32,000 nucleotides of DNA from Archaeoglobus fulgidus DSM 4304 (GTDB lineage: Archaea > Halobacteriota > Archaeoglobi > Archaeoglobales > Archaeoglobaceae): the NCBI RefSeq assembly GCF_000008665.1, contig NC_000917.1, positions 1,230,001 through 1,262,000 of the forward strand. The letters are read 5' to 3'. Shown here piece after piece: positions 16,810-25,333 of this stretch (positions are counted from its first letter, which is position 1; every line of letters starts with the position of its first letter). The translations under genes were made by a program, and so were the position numbers. The notes under the pieces were generated by a model that was not told the DNA's origin, did no database searches, and worked only from the letters and a program-made list of their open reading frames with translations.

Positions 16810-19226
16810 GTTTTTCTCCTTAAAAGGGCTGCAGTTAAAGCTAATGCCGCAATTGCTGCAGCTGATGAAAAGCCGGGAGTGGATTTTCTCTCAGCAGCTG
16901 CCGTAGTTGTGGTGGTAGCAGTTGTGGTGGTGGTTGTAGTAGATGCCGTTGCAGTAGTGGTGGTAGTAGCGGTGATTGCAGGAGCGGTAGCAACAGATGC
17001 GTTCACCTTAATCGGGTGCGGCTTTCCCAGCAATGCAATGATGGCTGAAACTGTCATGAAACCGGGATTGGAGGTCTGATACTTTGTGTACTTGAAGTAG
17101 CCGTCCTCCGTCTGAAGGCTAAGCAGATGCTCCACCACACTCGTGTTGTTCTTTGCCCACTCCATCGGATTGACTCCCGCGGCAACGAGGGCCTGTATCG
17201 TCCAAGCATCACTGGCAGCGTTGCTTGCTGAACTCCCGAAGTACCTCATCCCACCATCGTCGTTCTGTCCGGTCTTGAGGTAATCAAGGGCTTTTTTGAT
17301 CACATCCGAATCTCTTGGCTCCTCTGCAGCTATCAGAGCCTCAATCGCTGCTGCAGTGTCGTCGAAGTCGCTCTCCTCCCCCGCACTCCAGGCGAATCCC
17401 CCATCGACATCCTGCTGAGCTTTCAGCCACTCTGCAGATGCTGTTGTGTTCTCACCAACCGATGCCAGGGCGATGATTCCCCAGATGGTCTTGTAGGTGA
17501 AGTCCCCTATCTGCCCGTTTTCCTTCATGTAGGACTTCAGCTTTCCCACGAGGTCAACGCCTGCAAAGTTCCTCGGATTCTCGTTTGCGTAAACAAGGGC
17601 CAGTATGGTTCTCGCGTAGTCCTCAGCCCCCATCGTGCCCATCTCATCTTTCAGCCTTTCCCTCACAAAGTCGATGGGGCTTTTTCCGTTTTTAACCCAC
17701 TCATGGGGGTCCTGACCTGCAGCAACTATGGCCATGATTGCCCACGCGGTCGCAGAAATGCTGCTGTTCTCACCCGGATTCGCAAACCCACCATCATCGT
17801 TTTGAATCGTCCTGAGCCAGTCCAGGGCCTTCTGGATTCTCGCATCAGTTACATTGAGGGGGAAGCTGTCCCACTTGATGGTTATCGCAATAACGCTGAG
17901 GGATTCCGTTTCGGCGGAGTAGTAGAGGTAATTCTCATCCTTCCCGGTTTTCTCCGTCGGCAGCTCGAACCAGCTTCCGTTGTACTTCATGAGAACCACT
18001 TCCCTACCCTCGGCAACGTCTTTGGGAACTCTGAAATCAATAGTCGCCTTCAAAGAGTCGTTTGCCGTAATCTCAAACCACCTGTAAAACGTTCCGTAAA
18101 CCACACCCGGAGGGATGTGGGACTCTGCAATAACCACCTGCACAGGTTTTTCCGATTCGAAAGTCAGGCCGGTTATTGACAGGTTTGTCATTAGCTGTTC
18201 GGAAGGAATTACCTTCGTCTTACCGGGCTGAATGGTGATAACCTGCCCCGTGAGGTTCAGGTGAATTCCCGGCTCGCTGACGTTTACGGCCTTTGTGATG
18301 GTGTCAGAGAGGGCATCGTTGTCGAAGACTGTGAGGGAGACTTCATACGTTCCCGGCTCGGAGTAAATGTGAGTTACGGAAACCCCCCTTCCGCTTTTTC
18401 CGTCCCCGAAGTTCCAGATGTAATCCGTTATCTGGCCATCGTCAACCGACTTGGAGGCATTGAACACAACCTCCTCTCCCGCAACGGGGTTTGCTGGGGA
18501 GAACGTAAAGTCGGCCACCGGTGGAATCTTTGACGGCCAGATTATGCTGACGGTAATTTCATAGCTGTCCCCTATGTCTATGTATATCTTGAAGGGTGAG
18601 GAGTCAGGGGTGTCGCTCATGCTTCTGGAGAAGTACCAGACTATCCTATCTCCGGGATAGACTCTTTTCTCTGTAGCCGCAACTCCCGGCAACGGCTCGT
18701 TAGGGTAGTTGACCCAGTACATCCAGCCTGAAGTCTCCCCTATATCCCCCTTGCACAAATCCCTCACGCATTTTACGAAGATTCCCCAGTCGGTAAGTTC
18801 GGGAGTTATGGAGAATCCCATTATTTCCGATGCCTTTTTCAGCGCTCCGTAAGCGGTTCTCCACTCAACTTCTTTGCCAAGAACTTCGAACGTCCCGTAG
18901 GGAAGGTACTGCTTAGAAGTAGTGCCTCCTCCACCACTGCTGCCACTGCTGCAGGTTGTAACCTGCAGAGTTTTGGTGACCTGCTCATCTCCTGCCATGG
19001 CGATTACAACAAGCTCTCCAGGAACTCTCGGCTTGAAGTAAGCGGGATTTGATGGTGAAACTTCAGCGAAAACTGGTGTGCCTGAATTCATTCTGAAAAC
19101 AATTGTTGCTTCCTTGTCAGTTACAACTTCAACCGGTTTATCCACACACCCCCCGCTCACGTCGAGAGTGAGAGCGGAGGCGGGGGTCAGGATGAGAAGA
19201 ATAAATAAAGCCGCCAGCAGGCGCAT
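16806..19226 (-). CDS. Secreted multidomain surface protein: signal peptide, DUF4430-like (transcobalamin beta-domain-like) module, PKD domain, PGF-pre-PGF-like domain, prenyltransferase/terpene-cyclase-like alpha/alpha repeats, Thr-rich linker, PGF-CTERM anchor
   Basis: 806 aa.
- DUF4430-like: GWMYWVNYPNEPLPGVAATEKRVYPGDRIVWYF.
- PKD: FTFSPANPVAGEEVVFNASKSVDDGQITDYIWNFGDG...GTYEVSLTVFDNDALSD.
- Repeated L(K/R)xxQNDDGGF motifs.
- C-terminus TATTTTTATASTTTTTTTATTTTT...STPGFSSAAAIAALALTAALLRRKT. Confidence 0.8.
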   Translation of the reverse strand: MRLLAALFILLILTPASALTLDVSGGCVDKPVEVVTDKEATIVFRMNSGTPVFAEVSPSNPAYFKPRVPGELVVIAMAGDEQVTKTLQVTTCSSGSSGGGGTTSKQYLPYGTFEVLGKEVEWRTAYGALKKASEIMGFSITPELTDWGIFVKCVRDLCKGDIGETSGWMYWVNYPNEPLPGVAATEKRVYPGDRIVWYFSRSMSDTPDSSPFKIYIDIGDSYEITVSIIWPSKIPPVADFTFSPANPVAGEEVVFNASKSVDDGQITDYIWNFGDGKSGRGVSVTHIYSEPGTYEVSLTVFDNDALSDTITKAVNVSEPGIHLNLTGQVITIQPGKTKVIPSEQLMTNLSITGLTFESEKPVQVVIAESHIPPGVVYGTFYRWFEITANDSLKATIDFRVPKDVAEGREVVLMKYNGSWFELPTEKTGKDENYLYYSAETESLSVIAITIKWDSFPLNVTDARIQKALDWLRTIQNDDGGFANPGENSSISATAWAIMAIVAAGQDPHEWVKNGKSPIDFVRERLKDEMGTMGAEDYARTILALVYANENPRNFAGVDLVGKLKSYMKENGQIGDFTYKTIWGIIALASVGENTTASAEWLKAQQDVDGGFAWSAGEESDFDDTAAAIEALIAAEEPRDSDVIKKALDYLKTGQNDDGGMRYFGSSASNAASDAWTIQALVAAGVNPMEWAKNNTSVVEHLLSLQTEDGYFKYTKYQTSNPGFMTVSAIIALLGKPHPIKVNASVATAPAITATTTTTATASTTTTTTTATTTTTAAAERKSTPGFSSAAAIAALALTAALLRRKT

Positions 19227-21067
19227 CAGCTCACCTCACAGCTTGCCGGGCCATAGAGGTGAATCAGGTTGGCAGGATACTCGCTGAACCTGTAAACTCC
19301 TGCATAGAGGCTGTAAGTCCCCTGATCAGCAAGCTGCGGGATGTGGATGAGCACCGGAACTCTCAGCTCCTCTCCCGCATTGAGGCGGAAGGTTGAGATG
19401 CCAGCTATCGCCTCCCCCTGCTCACCCACACCGCTCACAACGACGACATACCAGTCAGTAGAGGCAGAGGTTACATTCACCCACGCCGTTATGTTCCCTC
19501 CCCTGTTCCCGTTTGAAAGCTCAAGAGATGAGATACCTGCTGGTTTTACATCAGCATTAATTTTCAGCAGAATTAGGCAGCTGTTGAGGCTGCTTCCGTC
19601 TCCGTAGCAGTAATATACAGTTTCCTTCTGGTTTAGGTTGTATCGGTCAGCTCCAACAGATATTTGCCCGGTTTCGTTCCATACACTCCAGTAAATCCAG
19701 TTACCGTCAATTTGATCGGTTCCGAGGCCCATGATGGTTTTTATGAAGAAACCGTACTGGGAATACCAGCTGTCATCAAGACTTACCTCAAACCAGACCT
19801 TTGCTCCATTCACCGTATGATTTTCAGACTCATAAAGCGCTCCGAGAGCCGTTGTTCTGTTAACTTCATAGCTGTTTCCGTTGACGAGAACCTCGAACTT
19901 TCCGGGAATCAGCGTAACGTTAAACTCGAAGCTTCCAGATGTCTCGAAGCAGTAAACGTATCCGCTGTCGGCCCCGATGAAAAGCTTATTTTCAGCTATG
20001 AACGGTGACGACATGATGTTGTAGTAGCTCCCCGAAGGGGGAGATAAGCGGTAATACCACAGCACTTCACCGCTGAGCGCATCAACAGCATAAAGCGTTC
20101 CCTCAGGTGTGTTTGTGGCGAAGTAAACAACACCGCCCGCGACAGCAGGCGACGAGTCAATCTTTCCGTTAACAGCAGTCTCCCATTTCTTCGTGCCGTC
20201 GCTGGCGTTAAAGCAGTAGAGCTTACCATCTGATCCGATGTAAACATTCCCGTAAGCAACGGCCGCCGTTGACATCGTTCCGCTAAAGGCTACACTCCAG
20301 GCTTCGGTTCCGTCGAGATTCACGGCATAAAGTTTGGTTTCTGTGGCAACGTAAACTCTCTGTCCATCTGTTGAGGGAGAGTTGGTGATTTTGCCATCAA
20401 CCGGAAACTTCCACTGCTCCACTCCGCTCTCATTCACGGCAACCAGAAGGCCGTTCCCGCTTTCATTGCCTGCGAAGAACACCAGACCTTTAAATGCTGA
20501 TGGCGAGGTGTAGGGACCAATCTCCCCTCCTGTGGTGTAACGCCACACCACATTGCCGTCAGAATCGATCTTCCAGAGCGTTCCGTTGGAGAACGTTGTA
20601 ACGTAAACCGACCCGTTGTAAACGAGCGGTGATGATGCAATGCCCCACCACAAGGGGGAGCTTTCAAGCTTTACCGCCTTGACAATATCGCCACTTGCCG
20701 CATCTACATAATACAGCATTCCGGTAATGTCACCCACAACCAGCAGGTTTCCGAAGACAGCTACGCTGGATGCGCCGGAGATTGTCGCGTTTCTCCACTC
20801 CACGCTGCCGGTTGTGGCGTTGAGAGAGTAAAGTCCGGGCTGCCAGTCACCCCAGCCGAACCAGTTTGTGACGTAAATGTGACCGTTGTAGTAAACAGGT
20901 GACGCTCCCACAAGCCCGGTCAGCTGAGTTTTCCAGGCGAGGTGTGGGATAATCTCCCCACTCGCCGTGAAATTCCCTGTCCTCTGCACGTCCCCGTGAA
21001 ACGTGGTGGCACTCGCTGCTGCAGTAAGCATTATTAACGTGAGTGAAATCAATGCAAATTTCCTCAT
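19226..21067 (-). CDS. Secreted PQQ-like beta-propeller protein with a C-terminal DUF4430-like module and a CARDB/Ig-like domain
   Basis: 613 aa. Signal peptide MRKFALISLTLIMLTAAASA. Repeated blades (SPVYYNGHIYV, SPLVYNGSVYV, SSPAVAGGVVYF, SSPFIAENKLFIG). The DUF4430-like stretch is GFFIKTIMGLGTDQIDGNWIYWSVWNETGQISVGADRYNLNQKETVYYCYG. Its stop overlaps the start of the next gene. Confidence 0.8.
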   Translation of the reverse strand: MRKFALISLTLIMLTAAASATTFHGDVQRTGNFTASGEIIPHLAWKTQLTGLVGASPVYYNGHIYVTNWFGWGDWQPGLYSLNATTGSVEWRNATISGASSVAVFGNLLVVGDITGMLYYVDAASGDIVKAVKLESSPLWWGIASSPLVYNGSVYVTTFSNGTLWKIDSDGNVVWRYTTGGEIGPYTSPSAFKGLVFFAGNESGNGLLVAVNESGVEQWKFPVDGKITNSPSTDGQRVYVATETKLYAVNLDGTEAWSVAFSGTMSTAAVAYGNVYIGSDGKLYCFNASDGTKKWETAVNGKIDSSPAVAGGVVYFATNTPEGTLYAVDALSGEVLWYYRLSPPSGSYYNIMSSPFIAENKLFIGADSGYVYCFETSGSFEFNVTLIPGKFEVLVNGNSYEVNRTTALGALYESENHTVNGAKVWFEVSLDDSWYSQYGFFIKTIMGLGTDQIDGNWIYWSVWNETGQISVGADRYNLNQKETVYYCYGDGSSLNSCLILLKINADVKPAGISSLELSNGNRGGNITAWVNVTSASTDWYVVVVSGVGEQGEAIAGISTFRLNAGEELRVPVLIHIPQLADQGTYSLYAGVYRFSEYPANLIHLYGPASCEVS

Positions 21068-21089
21068 GCTCCAAAAATTCGGATTTCAA

Positions 21090-21098
21090 TTTATAAAG
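21090..21098 (-). promoter_or_regulatory. TATA-like box (tttataaa on the minus strand) about 25-30 nt upstream of the beta-propeller gene ATG
   Basis: The 85-bp AT-rich gap 21068-21152 is the only sizeable intergenic gap in the 15.9-25.3 kb minus-strand block. Confidence 0.4.
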
Positions 21099-21152
21099 TT
21101 TTCCAGATAACTTGATACAAAATAAAGCATATTTGATTTGCTACCACGGAGC

Positions 21153-21719
21153 TTACCACCTCGCCAGGCTGTCCTTCACCGCCTCCCCAGCACATCTCCA
21201 GAGCTTCTGCCCAACTTCACTCGCAGGACCGCAGTACCTGTGATACCCCCCCTTCTGAGTGCATAGCACCACAACCGCGTCGGTGTTCGTGCCCGTGAAG
21301 TTGTGCCCCTCTTCCAGCAAAGCCTTCGTTTTTGCCTCAGTTGCAGTTATAATGGCGTTGAGCATCGCAGCCCTGCTCATCCTGCACTCGAAAACCGCTA
21401 TTATGTTTATCGTCCCTACCCTCTCATTTGGATTCATGACTCCCGCAGTGGCGAACACCGTCACCTCTCCGCAGCCTTTCACGCTGAGCTTCTCGATGGG
21501 AACGGAGGTGAGCAGGCCAAAGTAGGATTTGAGCCCGTATCCCCTCGCAACCTTTCTGAGGTACTCTGCAGGCTCCATCGAGTGGAATTCCTCGCTTACA
21601 GTGTGGTTGAACGCATGTCTCACTCTCTTCCACCCTCCCAGCAACCCCGTGCTGACGCCGAAGAAGTCTCCCGAAACCACCAGAGTTCTTTCGTCAACCC
21701 AGTAATTTTCGTACGGCAT
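21153..21719 (-). CDS. cbiZ: Adenosylcobinamide amidohydrolase (CbiZ family)
   Basis: 188 aa. Stretches VSTGLLGGW, GTINIIAV, AMLNAIITATEAKTKALLE and FTGTNTDAVVV fit my recollection of the CbiZ family. Located in a btuCD context. Confidence 0.65.
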   Translation of the reverse strand: MPYENYWVDERTLVVSGDFFGVSTGLLGGWKRVRHAFNHTVSEEFHSMEPAEYLRKVARGYGLKSYFGLLTSVPIEKLSVKGCGEVTVFATAGVMNPNERVGTINIIAVFECRMSRAAMLNAIITATEAKTKALLEEGHNFTGTNTDAVVVLCTQKGGYHRYCGPASEVGQKLWRCAGEAVKDSLARW

Positions 21720-22911
21720 CCAGAACCTCCTCTTCCCTTTTCACAACCACCGCTTTTTCCAGAATTTTAATATAAAGCTCCTCCGCCTCCTTTCCGGCAA
21801 AATTTCGTTCTTTAAAGGGAGTTCTGTCAACCACAACGAGCTTGCCGAGGTTTGCTGCATGCAATGCTGCAAGAAGATTCCTGTAGTTCCCCTTTCCAAC
21901 GCTCAGGTTCGCCAGCACAACCGCATCGCTCTTCTCAATCATCTCTATGTTTTTCTGATGCGAAGAGTCGCTTATCGGTGAAAATGGGGCTTCGTCAACA
22001 ACCTCTCCCAGCTCAACCGCGTTCTCCCAGTCGGAATCAAGGATGTTCACAACCCCCGCGGAAACCTTGTATCCTACCTCCCTGAGCATGTGCATGATTG
22101 CTCCACCACTCCCCCCTCCGCATATGACGTGAACCCTCCTCAAACCGTTCGGAACCTTCAGCTTCGGGGCGATGTAAACCCCCCTTCCGTATTTTCTGAC
22201 AACAACGTCAGCCCCAAAAACATCCCTTATGCTCTCCTCCGTAATGACATCCTCCGGCCTTCCCGCGTAGACAACAACACCGTCCTTTACCATCAGAATT
22301 TTGGTTGCAAAGGAGGATGCGAGGTTTATGTCGTGTATTGCAACTATTGCAGCCTTTCCCTGCTCCACCTTGCTCCTTACAATCTCCATTATCTCAATCT
22401 GCGCCGCTATGTCTAAATGGGCTGTTGGCTCGTCGAGCAGCATTATTTCGGGCTGCTGGGCAAAAACCCTCGCAAGCATAACCTTCTGCCTCTCTCCACC
22501 GCTGAGCTCCGAGAAAAGCCTGTCGGCCATTTTCTCCATCCCAACCTCCTTCAGAGCTTCCATCGCTGCTCTGTAATCCTCCTCTTTAGGCCTCTTTAAC
22601 CCGCTCAGATAGGGAGTTCTGCCGAGCATCACGACATCAATGACCTTTAAATTCGTCATCGGTGTGTCCTGCGGAAGAAAGCCGAGCTTTCTGGCAGCTT
22701 CCTCAGCACTGCCAACTTCCCTGCCGTCAAGCAAAACCACTCCCTTAAGGGGCTTGAGCATTCCGAATATCGTTCTCAGCATCGTGGTCTTGCCGCTCCC
22801 GTTGGGGCCGAGCAGGGCGAGAAGCTCTCCCTCCCCCACCTCAAAGGTTACGTCCTTCAGCACCTCTCTGCTCCCCAGCTTTACGCTGACTCCCTTCACC
22901 ACGAGCCTCAT
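21694..22911 (-). CDS. btuD: Corrinoid/iron-complex ABC transporter ATP-binding protein (BtuD/FepC class) fused to a ~150-aa C-terminal domain of unknown function
   Basis: 405 aa. Walker [27 protein letters not shown]. The extra C-terminal part starts RVHVICGGGSGGAIMHMLREVGYKVSAGVV..., which resembles a Rossmann-like glycine loop. Confidence 0.8.
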   Translation of the reverse strand: MRLVVKGVSVKLGSREVLKDVTFEVGEGELLALLGPNGSGKTTMLRTIFGMLKPLKGVVLLDGREVGSAEEAARKLGFLPQDTPMTNLKVIDVVMLGRTPYLSGLKRPKEEDYRAAMEALKEVGMEKMADRLFSELSGGERQKVMLARVFAQQPEIMLLDEPTAHLDIAAQIEIMEIVRSKVEQGKAAIVAIHDINLASSFATKILMVKDGVVVYAGRPEDVITEESIRDVFGADVVVRKYGRGVYIAPKLKVPNGLRRVHVICGGGSGGAIMHMLREVGYKVSAGVVNILDSDWENAVELGEVVDEAPFSPISDSSHQKNIEMIEKSDAVVLANLSVGKGNYRNLLAALHAANLGKLVVVDRTPFKERNFAGKEAEELYIKILEKAVVVKREEEVLDAVRKLLG

Positions 22912-23894
22912 ACCGACCTCCTCATCAGCAGGTAGAGGAAAAACGGCCCTCCGAGCATGGCCGTTATCGCCCCCACAGGCAGCTCACCGCTCGTTGAAAT
23001 TCTGGCAACGACGTCGATGAGCGGCATGAAAGCCGTGGAGAGGAATATTGTGGAGGGGAGAAGCTTCTGGTGCTCCTCTCCCACCAGTATCCTCATTGTG
23101 TGGGGAACGATTATGCCAACAAAGCCTATGACACCGCTGATCGCAACGGTTGTTGAAGTAAGAAGAGCAACGACAGCTATCAGGGACTTCCTGAAGCTTT
23201 CGACGTTTATCCCCACCGCTGCAGCGTGCTCATCGCCGAGCAAAAGGGCGTTAAGGTTCCATGAGGTAATCAGGAGGTAGAGCAGCCCGGCAATGGTAAT
23301 GGGCAGGGCGAAAAGCACCTCTTCAACGAAGGGGTTCGAGAAGCTTCCCATGAGCCAGAAAATCACTTTGTGCATGCTTTGAGCGGAGAAGTAAATTAGA
23401 ACGGAAGTTAAACCGGAGAAGAAGCTTGCTATGGCAACCCCGGCAAGAAGAATTGCGTACGTCTGATCCCGAAATTTTGAGGATGAGCCAATTAGATAAA
23501 CGACGTATGCGGTAATAAGAGCGGAGAAAAAGGCCATTCCGATTCTTGAGTAAATAGTCTCAATGCCAAGAGCAACCGAAAGGGCAGCGCCAACACTCGC
23601 CCCGCTCGCCACCCCAAGAACGTAGGGCTCGGCAAGTGGATTTCTGAACAGAGCCTGCATGGCACAGCCGGATGCAGAGAGAGACGCTCCGGCTATCACC
23701 GCCATCAGATACCTCGGCAGTCTGTAGCTGAGAACGATTTTTGTTGCAGTCTCATCGGCATTTCCCGTAATAACCTGAAAGAGGTATGTATAGCCCCCGC
23801 TCCCCACTCCAAGGGAGAGCAGCAGAGCGAGAAGATTCAGTGCGAGCAGGGCTGCTACAACTTTACCCTTCACGAAGTCAAAAGAATTGGTCAT
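22908..23894 (-). CDS. btuC: Corrinoid/iron-complex ABC transporter permease (FecCD/BtuC family)
   Basis: 328-aa polytopic protein. Typical FecCD stretches (RNPLAEPYVLGVASGASVGAA, ...GAITAMLGGPFFLYLLMRR). ATGA-type overlap with btuD. Confidence 0.85.
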   Translation of the reverse strand: MTNSFDFVKGKVVAALLALNLLALLLSLGVGSGGYTYLFQVITGNADETATKIVLSYRLPRYLMAVIAGASLSASGCAMQALFRNPLAEPYVLGVASGASVGAALSVALGIETIYSRIGMAFFSALITAYVVYLIGSSSKFRDQTYAILLAGVAIASFFSGLTSVLIYFSAQSMHKVIFWLMGSFSNPFVEEVLFALPITIAGLLYLLITSWNLNALLLGDEHAAAVGINVESFRKSLIAVVALLTSTTVAISGVIGFVGIIVPHTMRILVGEEHQKLLPSTIFLSTAFMPLIDVVARISTSGELPVGAITAMLGGPFFLYLLMRRSV

Positions 23895-23913
23895 CAGATA
23901 AACTTTTTCCGAA

Positions 23914-24573
23914 CTAAATCCTCCTGCCCTTCACCCTGTCAAGGTCAAACTTCGCCTTCTCGCTTATGTGCATCACAGCCAGCGTTCCCGCCATAACGGG
24001 GTCGCTTATGACCACATCAGCAACATCTGGCACACTGCCGAACATGCTGAGCGAAATGACCCTAATGCCGCTCTTTCTCAGCTTTTTGACCTCCTCCGTT
24101 ATCTTTCCACCCATTATACCTCCTGCAAGAACGAGAACCTCTGCCCTGTGGAGCCTTGAAACCGCCTTAACTGCCTCCGCAATCTCTTCTTCACCAACAA
24201 CGGGCATTGTGTCAACGCTAATCCTCTCTCCCCTCAAATTGTGCCTGTCTGCCTCGCTTATAGCTCCTATTGCGACCTGCGAAACCAGTGCTCCTCCACC
24301 AAGAATTATAACTCTCTTCCCGAAAACCCTCTCAAAGGACTCCTCCTCCTCGATTTCAATTATGTAGTCGAAGGTCTTAACCCTTTCAAGAATTTTCTCG
24401 AAATCCCCACCCTCAATCTCGAAGTAAATCAGAGCTTTTCCCTCGTGCTCTCCATGCTTGATTAAGAAGGTCTGAGCGAAGGTTATGTTCCCCCCTTCCT
24501 CTGCTATGATTGTCGTCAGATCCCTCAGCACCCCAATCTTGTTCTCTGCAATTATTCTGAGCCCCCTCAGCAT
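23914..24573 (-). CDS. ACT-domain protein with a C-terminal alpha/beta domain (conserved archaeal, function unknown)
   Basis: 219 aa. The N-terminus LRIIAENKIGVLRDLTTIIAEEGGNITFAQTF is a typical ACT beta-alpha-beta pattern. Confidence 0.55.
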   Translation of the reverse strand: MLRGLRIIAENKIGVLRDLTTIIAEEGGNITFAQTFLIKHGEHEGKALIYFEIEGGDFEKILERVKTFDYIIEIEEEESFERVFGKRVIILGGGALVSQVAIGAISEADRHNLRGERISVDTMPVVGEEEIAEAVKAVSRLHRAEVLVLAGGIMGGKITEEVKKLRKSGIRVISLSMFGSVPDVADVVISDPVMAGTLAVMHISEKAKFDLDRVKGRRI

Positions 24574-24827
24574 CAGAACCTCGCCCCTGTGAGGGTTTTC
24601 GTTTCAATCACACCGTCAATGGACCTTATCTTGTTCACAACGACATCGCTGAGCTCCTCAAAGCTCCTCACAACAACTTTGGCAATCAAATCGTACTCCC
24701 CGAAAAGGGGATAAAGCTCCTCAACCTCATCAAGTGCTGCAAGTGCGTCATAAACTTTCCTCTCCTTTCCGGGAGAGACCTTTATTAGAACGAATCCGAG
24801 AGCCATGATTTGAGTAACCTCTGACAA
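24573..24827 (-). CDS. Stand-alone Lrp/AsnC-type ligand-binding (RAM) domain protein
   Basis: 84 aa. ALGFVLIKVSPGKERKVYDALAALDEVEELYPLFGEYDLIAKVVV....IDGVIETKTL is the AsnC C-terminal domain pattern without an HTH. Confidence 0.65.
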   Translation of the reverse strand: MSEVTQIMALGFVLIKVSPGKERKVYDALAALDEVEELYPLFGEYDLIAKVVVRSFEELSDVVVNKIRSIDGVIETKTLTGARF

Positions 24828-24835
24828 TTTTAACT

Positions 24836-25300
24836 TTATCCAAAGAACTGCTTCCAGATTTTGTCCTTAATGTGGTGTATGTTCTTCACAGCCTTACCTT
24901 TCCCCCTTACCATCTCCTCTCCATTGCAGAGCGCCACCCCAACGGCAATCGGACTGTCCTTGCCCTCGACTGTCACAAATACAAAGTCACCTTCCTTTAT
25001 CCTCTCGTCCGCATAAACGATGCCCGGCTTCATAACGTCCGCACCGTTCATCACGAACTTCAGCGCCCCCTCATCAACTGTCACCCTGTACTTTTCCGGC
25101 TTGAGCTTTATGGCCCCGTAAACGGAGAGGTAGTATCTTCCGTCGTAGTTGATGACCAGAGGTTCGTTATCAACCAAGATTACCTTTATGCTGCCAAAGT
25201 CAACTTCGTCCATCTCGCCCTCAACCCTGGCCCCGGCGTTTTCCTCCACCTCAGCACTAACCTTCTTTGCCTCCTTCTTCCTGAGCCTCCTGCGTCGCAT
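24836..25300 (-). CDS. PUA-domain RNA-binding protein (archaeal MCT-1/Tma20-like)
   Basis: 154 aa. NGADVMKPGIV...GDFVFVTVEGKDSPIAVGVAL...KGKAVKNIHHIKDKIW. Confidence 0.7.
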   Translation of the reverse strand: MRRRRLRKKEAKKVSAEVEENAGARVEGEMDEVDFGSIKVILVDNEPLVINYDGRYYLSVYGAIKLKPEKYRVTVDEGALKFVMNGADVMKPGIVYADERIKEGDFVFVTVEGKDSPIAVGVALCNGEEMVRGKGKAVKNIHHIKDKIWKQFFG

Positions 25301-25317
25301 AGCGGATTTAGGCGAGA

Positions 25318-25333
25318 CTTTAAAAATATTTAT
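25318..25333 (-). promoter_or_regulatory. TATA-like element (aaatatttttaaag on the minus strand) about 20-30 nt upstream of the PUA gene ATG, abutting the stop codon of the Res-like helicase gene
   Basis: Read directly in the 32-bp gap 25301-25332. Confidence 0.4.

Noticed and set aside
16809-16994. Low-complexity trinucleotide-like repeat (gtggtggtagt... on the plus strand), a candidate tandem repeat or VNTR, with the antisense ORF 16798-17079 encoding VVVVAVVVV
   Set aside because: It is the reverse complement of Thr/Ala codons encoding the Thr-rich stalk and PGF-CTERM of the 806-aa surface protein. The plus-strand ORF is an antisense artefact.
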